Below, piece by piece: positions 25,178 to 33,920 of a stretch of 64,000 nt of DNA. Made by a program: the position numbers and the translations under genes. The stretch is from Anthoceros angustus. Its lineage: Eukaryota; Plantae; Anthocerotophyta. The stretch's first letter is position 1, and every line of letters starts with the position of its first letter. The stretch spans positions 124,001 through 188,000 of the forward strand of contig VJWM01000235.1 of the NCBI GenBank assembly GCA_010909165.1, written 5' to 3'. Below the pieces are notes generated by a model. That model made no database searches and was not told the origin of the DNA. It worked only from the letters and a program-made list of their open reading frames with translations.

Positions 25178-27970
25178 ATGAGGCTCCATATAAGGGGCTG
25201 GCCTTTTAAGGCCAACCAACCAAGGGAGAAACAAGAGTATTTTACCTTGGGCCTGGATTCCAAGGGATAAGTGGATAGACATGGGTATGTCATCAGTCCA
25301 TTTGACTTGTCCAAAAACTGTTGGCACCCCATCCAGGTACTGATCCACCCAGGTGCTTAACTCGAGTTCCTATGCCTTTGCTATCCAACTCACCCAATTT
25401 TTTTCCTGCAGAGTATTTGTATGCAATTTTAACATGCATAGATACTTAGAGGTTTCACTAATCACGATCTAAGATAGCGGGTGTGTTAACCTTGATTAAG
25501 GGTTTGACCAGCTACCAACCGCCTGGAGTGCATGCTCGACACACTCGATCCGGACGGAGCTACCAACCAAAGAAGTCCATCAGAGCGAATTCAAGTCCCG
25601 ACCAAGAGAGAAGTGCGAACACTCGATTTTGGTACCATAAGGACGCGGAGGAACCCATACACAATCAACAATCTTTGAAGGATCCGTGAGTGGCAACACA
25701 CAAGACACGTTAGTGCCGCCGACAACTCAGAAGCGACAATGAGGAGGACTTGTCTCTTGGAGTCGCCAAGATGGGAGGAGACAAGGATCGAATGGAGTTG
25801 TTCACAGACGAGCGGCACCTTGCCACCGGAGGACTTCATCGAGAAGTACGGTGTGCGGAGATGGAATTGAAGACCGGATACGGCGATACGGCTTCATCCA
25901 AATGCAAGTACTTGGGGATGAAGCATTGGCGTGCTATCGCGAGCACAAGGCGAGGTTGTTGAGCACATCCGGAGGACCAGTGAGTAGCTCAAGCTCAAGG
26001 AACCCAGACGAGCAAAGGCACCGAGGGGCACGATCCCATCAAGAGATGTTTGACATCTTCCTACCGGAGTTTCCAAAGCACGGATGAGAAGATCTCCGAG
26101 CCGACACACTTCAAGATGAAGTCAGCGAGACCGCTAAGATGGCTTATCAAGAATCGACCCTTGGTACGTGACACCAAGATCATGAGTGACCGATCGTCAG
26201 AGAAGTACTTGTGCATTGCCATATGCACCGCGCATGAAGGTGCAACAAGCGGTGCACAAGACGGGCAACACTACACCCTCAAGGAAGTGTACGAGATGGT
26301 CGACAAGATAGGGCCCACGACACTTTCTCTCGTTGCAAGTGATTACTCCAAAGACAAGTAGGAGTGGTGGACGACATGACCGACGCTGGAGGTCGAGTGG
26401 AGGAGCTCGGCGAGACAAGCCAGCCCACACCCAAGTGACGAGCCCTCGCGTGAGGTGCCGAGGACCATTCCCCTCATGAGTGCGAGCATGCATTCGGAGG
26501 AGTCAAGGGTGAGGAGCCATGCCCTGTGGGAGGTACGGCACAATGAAGCGGCATGTTGGGAGAAGCATCCGAATTGCGGCCTACGGGTTATCGAGGCAGA
26601 ACCCCGCCAATGCATCTCGGCCAACCTCATCCACAAAATCAAGAGCAAAGGCGCTGGAGGAGGCACGCCAAGTCCCGTGGACAAAAGAAACGGAAGCATC
26701 AAAGAAGACGATGGACACGTGGCACGCCTTGCAAAGCCGGAGAAGTTGGGAAGGCGAAGATCAAGGAGAGCAGCATCATCGAGGACGAAGAAGATGAGCA
26801 CAAGCTTGATACATGGCGATCGTGACCGATCCAAGGGCAGGAAGAAACCTCGCAGCCTACGAGAGAAGATAAGGAAGAAGAGGATGTCTTGACAGCAGGA
26901 AGACACGGAAGGAAGCTTCGGATCCTCTTCCAACCTATGCCAAGATGCCAAAGTCGCTTGAGCCATTGCCAGGAGCAACGTGGGAGCAACATCAAAGTCC
27001 AGTGGGCGATGTGGAGAAACCCATGCAGATTTTGAGACGATGGCACAAAAGCTCGAGATGCCATGTTTCACCACAAGACATGGGGTTGAGCGTGAAGGAA
27101 GTCGGGGTTTGACTCGGATGTTGACAACCCTTGAAGACGAAGCAAGTGTCCAAGATGTGCCACAACAGTGCAATGATGTCACCGACCGAGCCAAGCATCT
27201 CAAAAGCGAACGTGCACGAGTGGGAGTGGCTTTGGTCAACAATCGGGAGAGGCACATTGAAATCAATGGATTCGCACCAAGGAGGGTGTTGATTGACACC
27301 GAGCACAGCCTGTGAAGAAGAGTGAAGGAAGCGTGGGTCTCCACCAAGAAAGGTTGAAGGAAACCAAGTGGAAGATCCGACCGCACTGGGACCACGAGCA
27401 TGTGTTGGGGTGACAAGGTACAAGTCAAGGTTTCATTCAAACCAAGAACAGCAGACTTCACCTTTGTCGAGGTACACCGCTGGTCACCGGCGCATACATT
27501 TGATGTCTTGCCGGGAGCGGACGCTTTGTACAAACCTCGAGTCATGGTGGATTTGTGGACGGAGACCTACTATCGACCAGCCGGAGAAGCCGGAGCAAAA
27601 CCGATGAACGGATTGCCCGTGATCCCTCGCACTGCATGGCAAGGATCATGAGAACCTCATTGCCAACACACCCAAAGGTTGTTTGGTGAAGGACACGCCA
27701 TACGTGTTGAACCTCTTGGCGTGTCTAACAACCGAATCGACTGATGGAGGATTTCGACGAGGAGGAGGAAGACAAGCTAGGGTTGCAACCACCCTGAGGA
27801 GGTTCTTCAAGTCACCGGACGGAGTGGTGATGCAGAATGAGCCGCAAAAGTGGAGGATGGTGCAAGAGGACCAAAGGTCCTATGAGCCGAGAACTGTAAG
27901 TTCTTGCCTAGGGTTGAGCCTGTTTGTGACCTAAACACCTGTGTCATCACATGGCGACCTCGGAAGACGT

Positions 27971-28830
27971 ATAGTGCTCGTGGAACTCTTTGGAGGCATC
28001 GACCGCCAGCGTAAAGTGTGGCATCAAAGTGCGAAGATACGTGCATTGTGACCCGGATCCAAAAGCAAGGATTGTGTCACGTGCCGTAAGAGACTTGATG
28101 GGGAGTACCTAACCTCGACGGGAGCGAAGGGTTACCGCTGATGGATGTTCGCATGATAGGGTTGTCCCATTTGAGTTGTCTTGGGCAACCGTGGACCTTG
28201 TCATCGCAGTTGGGAGTGTCAAGGACTATCCTCGCAGTAAGGGTCAAGGTCTCAAGGATCCAAACAAAGATTGTTCTATGACCGATGAGGATCTTGCGCT
28301 TGATCCGAAAGGGCAAGAAAGGCCTTGTGGATACATGTTGGAGAATGTGCCAAGATGCATGAGCGTGAAGAAGCAAGTTCCAGGAGGATTTTGCCACGAT
28401 CCGAGGAGTGTTGGTCGAGCTTCTATTGGATGCTCAATTTGGTTCGAGGGCTCATAGGTTGAGGTCCATGTGGACTAACCTTGCTCCCTTGGAACATTTG
28501 AAGTGTGCGAGGTCGCTCACCAAGCGACCTAATCATGTTGTCAAGGATGTGCTAGCGGAAGGCATGCCCAACAAGTCATCAAGATCGACAAGCCGCCGAC
28601 TTCCTGAACACGCCGACACCCCATGGCGGCTTGGCCAACCTTTGTGTCCAAGTCCAAGTCTTACGCCTTCAGAACCATGGGCGTTGGGGATGTACATGGC
28701 GAGGTTTGGGAGAGCCAACAACCACAGAGAGGAGTTGGCCATGGAATGCCGAGCCACAAGACACCGGAGGACCGAGAAGGAACGGTGTCGATTGCTTGGG
28801 CAAGCATTTGACGTGAACATGATGAGCAAG
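27971..28830 (+). pseudogene. C5 cytosine DNA methyltransferase domain (DNMT3/DRM-like), frameshifted in this assembly
   Basis: Motif I IVLVELFGGI (27971-28000). II YVHCD (28038-28052). III MDVRMI (28141-28158). IV VDLVIA/WECQGLS (Cys at 28217-28219) followed by KGQGLKDP. VI GYMLENVP (ENV at 28341-28349). VIII DAQFGSRAHRLRSMWTNL (28429-28482). IX EPTTTER/ELAM (~28710-28745). X ERCRLLGQAFDVNMM (28780-28824). The order and spacing are canonical. Confidence 0.88.
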
Positions 28831-29234
28831 CACCGGAGTCCAGAATCTCAAAAGAAGAAGGCAAGAAGCAATAGCAGTAGAAGCCCAACATCCCGAGAGC
28901 CATGTTTAATCGAGCAACCAGAGCAAAGCGTTGAAAGGAGTTTCACTTGTATTTTTGCTTTCACGCTTGCGAGATGGGAAGTACACCAAAGGGAAGTTCA
29001 AGAACTAATCAAGACAGGGGTGAAGGCAAGAAGAAAATGACGAGCAACCGGCAGGGAGAGTAGTCCACATGACAGCCCATGAGGATGTCAAGACAAGCCT
29101 CCACTCATGGACAAGGTTCATAACCTCGACGACATTCAAGGAGATTGGTTTTGTGCACAATGCGCTACATGAGGTGCGACGTGTAGTTCTACTAATGATA
29201 ATGTTTTGACTTAGAGTCTCACATTATCGGGGGA

Positions 29235-29322
29235 TTGGTTGCACCTATATATCTGCGTATTCGATTTGTTGGTTGTTGGTCGAGGAAGTGCTTATATGAA
29301 TTCAAGTGCTTACCTCGCGACA
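29235..29322 (+). repeat. AT-rich LTR family D, copy 1 right part
   Basis: Matches 29856-29946 and ~31199-31298. Ends CTCGCGACA. Confidence 0.85.
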
Positions 29323-29329
29323 ACCGCTA

Positions 29330-29946
29330 TGCCGTGATACTAATCTGCACTTGGGTTTAGTGTTTGATTAGCATTAATCTAATTACTTATCTTTAAGTAA
29401 GTAATTAGTGTTAATTAATCTAATGTGCTTATGTTAATTAAGCATTGATTAGTGTTAATTAATCTAATGTGCTTATGTTAATTAAGCATTGATTAGTGTT
29501 AATTAAACATGGTTAGCAATAGCTAAGTGGATAAGCTCAAGTAATATGCTTTGGCATATTCCTTGCATATTATAGTGTATTCTTAGGATACAATAGCTAT
29601 GGATAAGCTCAAGTAATATGCTTTGGCATATTCCTTGCTTATATACGATGCCAGGATATCTTAGAATATGATGCTGTGGTCTAGTATATATAGACCCTTC
29701 CATTGAGGACAAGCTCGGATCATAGCTTGTCCTCTAGATATGCAATGCAAGAGCACTGTGAGGAGGCCAAAGCTATGACTCAGAGCGTGTGAGGAATTTC
29801 CGTGTTGTTCGTGGGGAGAGTGTTTGTGCCACACGCGTAGCCACTCTTGTTGTTATTGGTTGCACCTATATATCACAGATCCGATTTGTTTGCTTGGTTG
29901 TTGGTCGAGAAGTGCTTATACGAATGGAAGTGCTAACCTCACGACA
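29330..29946 (+). repeat. AT-rich LTR family D, copy 2 (complete)
   Basis: Termini TGCCGTGATAC...CCTCACGACA (imperfect inverted TG...CA). GATG flanks the copy1+copy2 unit at 24245-24248 and 29947-29950. Confidence 0.85.
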
Positions 29947-30519
29947 GATGGCTTCAGCCAGCAGTCACCCCAAGCGCCTCCTAATCCTCCTACCGCTTTC
30001 CACGCTCATGGAGAAGGGCTTAACACTGCAACCCCACACCTCCGGCTCCAGCAGTCTCCAAGGTTAGTCTCGACCCGAGAAGTCACCCGCGAGTCACCCC
30101 GAGCCTGTGTCTCACTGGGTCTCGCACTCATCAAGCGTGGGCGAGCCGTCACCGCAGCCTCTAAACACATCCTCTACCACCAATTAATCCTCGACCTGAC
30201 TCCAGAACCACCCGCCCCTCGAGCACTAAGGCAAGAGCACACTGAGCGCCAAGATGGTACTATAGTTCGCCCATTCTAGGCGCCTAGGCCTCCTTATACT
30301 CCCACACCCTAATCTAACCCGCCTATGTATGGTACCCTAACCCCGGTCGTGGTAACCGCCAAGACGTAGCTCATCATTCCACCGAACTTCGGCCCACCAC
30401 CGCTCGCCAAGCAGATCCGCTCCACTATGCCATCCGGACTAACCCGCCGGCCGGACCATTATCCGGACTAAGCCGCCCGATCGACCCATCCAGATTAGGC
30501 CCCTCAATGGATTTCATTC

Positions 30520-30715
30520 GTCGAACGCCGCCGGCCGACCGCCGAACGCCGCCGGCCGGACTTACCTGGCGGCGCCGGCGACTACTACCGAACGCCGCCA
30601 CGGACTTACTCCGAACGCCGCCGGACTTACCCGTCGAACGCCGCCGGACTTACTCCGAACGCCGCCGGCCGGACTTACCCGCCGAACGCCGCCGGCCGAC
30701 CACTGCCGGACCCCG
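30520..30715. repeat. GC-rich minisatellite
   Basis: About 8 imperfect copies of CCGAACGCCGCCGG(CCGG)ACTTAC. Confidence 0.85.
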
Positions 30716-30880
30716 CCTGCACGGACTTAGGGTCTAGGGATTGCACACTAAGTGCACCGCCAAAATTGACCTTATTGGCTAACTCCTCCTCGTCCCTCTT
30801 AACAGTAATGACCCGAAAAAAAACGAGACAAGACTAAAACAAGTCGCCAGGAGTACGGACATCGGATTTGGCACTCCACA

Positions 30881-31298
30881 TATATTCTTATAATACAATA
30901 GCTAAGTGGATAAGCTCAAGTAATATGCTTTGGCATATTCCCTACGTATTATAGTGTATTCTTATGATATTTCCGACATATGCTGATGCCAATAGGATAT
31001 CTTAGGAATATGCCAATGCCAAGGGCTAGTATATATAGACCCTTCCATTGAGGACAAGCTCAGATCATAGCTTGTCCTCTAGATATGCAATGCAAGAGAG
31101 CTATGACTCCAAGAGCAATGTGTAAGGAATTTGCGTGTTGTTCTTGTGGGGAGAGTGTGTTTGTGCCACGATGTGCGAGCTACTCCCTCCTGTTGTTATT
31201 GGTTTGCACCTATAGATATATCTGCGTATTAGATTTGTTTGCTTGGTTGTTAGTCGAGGAAGTGCTTATATGAATTCAAGTGCTTACCTCGTGCGACA
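30881..31298 (+). repeat. AT-rich LTR family D, copy 3 (5'-truncated)
   Basis: Matches ~29510-29946 and ends GTGCGACA. No PBS follows. Confidence 0.85.
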
Positions 31299-31544
31299 GT
31301 TTCAAGATTTCTGACTCAGCAATGTCTGTTATTTTTGACCTTTTGTCCACTTCAATCTTGCCCAAAAAGAACACTATGCCGGAGTATAGGGTCGACGTGC
31401 GGAAGATGTTGTTACATACATGTTGGGGTGGGGGCGTTGATTTATGCTCGTGATTCGGGATCATGCTCGTTTGGGGTCCTATACATTACCTAAGCTTAAG
31501 CTGGGCCTGGTGGCGAGCCAAGGTTTTGGACTGGAGCGGCTGGT

Positions 31545-32010
31545 CAAGATATTGCCCGCAAAACCATGTTTTACTTCCCACTGACAGAGCGCCTTCGGAG
31601 AATGTTTGCTTGTCCTGCCACTGCGAGTGAGCTGACTTGGTGGAAGGACCATAGGAGCACTGATGGCAAGCTACGAATCATGGCAGACACACTCGCTTGG
31701 CAGGCTTTGGATTCAATGAGGGATTTTGGCCTTGAAGAAATATCCGGTTAGGGATTTCCACTACTGGCTTTAATCCCAATGGGCATCGGTCTGCCTCCTA
31801 TTCCATCTGGCTTGTGTTTCTTTTGATTCATAATCTTCCCCCATGGCTTACAACAAAGAAGCAGAGGATCTTAATGCCCATTATCATCCCAGGCCGAAAT
31901 AGGTGAAGAATATTGATATATACTTGCAAATGTTATTAGAAGAGCTGGCCATGTTGTGGGAGGGTGTTCCGGTAGCCGATCGCTCAAAACCAAAGGATCA
32001 CCCAGAAACC
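31545..32010 (+). mobile_element. CACTA (En/Spm) Tnp2-type transposase fragment
   Basis: 'YFPLTERLRRMF...LTWWKDHRSTDGKLRIMADTLAWQALD', then 'IRLGISTTGFNP...YSIWLVFLLIHNLPPW...IIIPG...NIDIYLQMLLEEL..LWEG'. Confidence 0.85.
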
Positions 32011-32019
32011 GGTTCATGT

Positions 32020-32520
32020 CGGTACGCCTAAGGTGACTAAGCATTGAGGTCGGCTTTGCATAGCTCTATTTTCACGGCCTAGATGTCCTCCTTGGACAAC
32101 GCGTAGGGCGCTGCGGGCAGATGGGCCTCTCCATTATCGTTCACAATGGGCCACAACCAAGGTTTGGAGTTCAAATTCATGAGGTCAATTCTTGCATTGT
32201 GCGTGTCCCATTGCCCGCTCCATATATGTCAAAATGCCTGACAGTTGTTCACTTTTATGTGCATCACGTCTTTGACCCACAACTTCAGAATTGCTGGCAG
32301 GTAAGGCAACTTTTCAATGAAACCATACATGCGTTTCACACCCTAGGCCCTAGGGATTGCCCTTATACCAAGGGGTGCACTTTGCCAGGCTATCATTTCG
32401 TCCACAATATCCTGCACGGAGCGAGAAGGAGGTGCCGGCCGGAGCTCTATAGCATTGTCAAAAAATTCACGATCCTAGACCTGCCTCTTGTCCTCCAATG
32501 AAGGGCACCATCGCCGGTGA
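32020..32520 (-). mobile_element. Second CACTA-type transposase fragment, opposite strand
   Basis: Minus-strand 'IEKLPYLPAILKLWVKDVMHIKVN' (cf. LPYW...LDVMHIEKN) and 'LPAAPYALSKED' (cf. LPPACYTLSKEE). Confidence 0.6.
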
Positions 32521-33254
32521 CCATTGCACAACACTTTGTCCACTGCGTTGGACCAGTGACTCTGAGATGGGTGATATATACTGGACAAAAAAAAAATGAA
32601 TGTATTTAGAATAACTGAATTTTGAATCACTTACAAAAAAAGAGCTGGAAAGTTTGACTTGACAGATGACCTCAAATCCAAAGCAATCCTGCTCCAAAAC
32701 AATCCAGATTTATCGATAAACAATATAAACAAAGATTATCATATAGTCTAAGGGGCAAGGCTTGGACTGGGCATGATACATATCAAACAAGATTTTTCAT
32801 TGACACATCCAAAGAAAAAAACACAACCACAATGTTAAAAACGATACTTTCTCATCTCTTGCAGATTGCTAGTACTACATCACTTCATGTGTAGGACCAT
32901 TCCATTATTGGGGTTTTCCTTTTAGATTGAAAATTTGACCTGTTGGGTTTCTTTTTTTTTTGTTTATAGTTTTTTTTGGTGTTGACGTTAGATGGCTATA
33001 TGGCTTTTCTAATTCTTTCTGGGATGTAGATGGGTTGTAGAATTCATGGAGGTTTTGCCATATTCTTGATGTCCAAGGAAACCTGTTCTATTTGCTCGTT
33101 GAGTCATTTCTAACCTTGTCTATTATAATCGCTTTGAGTTATATAGCACCTGGCTTCCAATAACCCACCGCAATCCACAGAACACCGGTAGCTTCTGACC
33201 TACAATCCGAACAAAGCTCCAAGACCAGGGTAATCGCAAGTGGCATGGAGTACT

Positions 33255-33366
33255 ATAGCCAGACTCAAGTCTTTATTGTATGACACTTGGGCGCAAATAG
33301 CCAGACTCAAGTCTTTATTGTATGACACTTGGGTGCCAATAGCCAGACTCAAGTCTTTATTGCATG
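33255..33366. repeat. 42 bp tandem repeat, about 2.7 copies
   Basis: ATAGCCAGACTCAAGTCTTTATTG starts at 33255, 33297 and 33339. Confidence 0.9.
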
Positions 33367-33920
33367 AATAAAGAGTAGCACTCGAGAGAGGTGGTCTGCG
33401 AGTTGTCGTTTGACAGCGAATTACTTGGAGCTTAGTGCTTCATCGTGAGGTTAGAGCGTAGATTATTTGGAGGTTAGTGCCGAGTCGTAAGGTTGAAAGC
33501 GTTGAGAGTCGTGCAACTCTCTATGTGGAGTGAGTTGGAAAGTCCTAGACTCCTGGGGAATCCAACACTTGTCGCTTCCTTAGTGGTTGGCGTAGTGAGG
33601 GTGTTACTTTATAGTCGACCTACTTCTAGAGGGGTAGGTAAGATCTCTAGAAAATGAAAGTTGTAAATTTGCAGGAAATAAAAAGTTATGAGTAAGAAGA
33701 CTATATAAAAAATTATATTATTATGTTGTATTATATTATGCATCGTAGCAACCAGAGTGGACGTTTTCAGTCCTACCCTTGCTCTTTATTACAACCTTTT
33801 AGTCTTATGTAACCAGGTATCACTTCACGCCTCGCATTTAGTGGGTGATGGAGAGGTGAGAGGGCGACACGTGGTGAAAGGCAGTGGGTGCAGTGTTGAC
33901 GAGGGTGTGAAAGAAAGACC

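Larger units (their letters stand above)
24789..29234 (+). mobile_element. Gypsy-type LTR retroelement derivative encoding gag - protease - C5 DNA methyltransferase - PHD-like tail, with no RT, RNaseH or integrase
   Basis: LTR-like 24789-~25490 (TGTTAC...GTTAAC, ATATAA at 25188). Gag-like region with frameshifted zinc knuckle (LCGRYG/HNEAACWEKHP, ~26520-26570). Protease 'IEINGFAPRRVLIDT' (VLIDT at 27286-27300) and 'FDVLPG'. DNMT motifs 27971-28824. 'GDWFCAQC*' 29140-29172. Purine run GGGGGA 29229-29234. Confidence 0.8.

Noticed and set aside
24840-25348. Repetitive ORFs (PSPRPRR, KPKSKAKE, SSPWPWTW) on both strands
   Set aside because: Translations of the LTR minisatellite, open in most frames.
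26343-27545. 400 aa minus-strand ORF
   Set aside because: Antisense to the gag-protease region, with no domain signal.
24249-29946. Firm call as a DIRS/Ngaro tyrosine-recombinase element
   Set aside because: No recombinase or RT is seen. The protease, TG...CA termini and a third contiguous LTR copy favour nested LTR elements. Kept only as an alternative in the findings.
33255-33366. Repeat-spacer-like pattern resembling a CRISPR array
   Set aside because: The 'spacers' are near-identical, so this is a 42 bp tandem repeat. The context is eukaryotic and has no cas genes.
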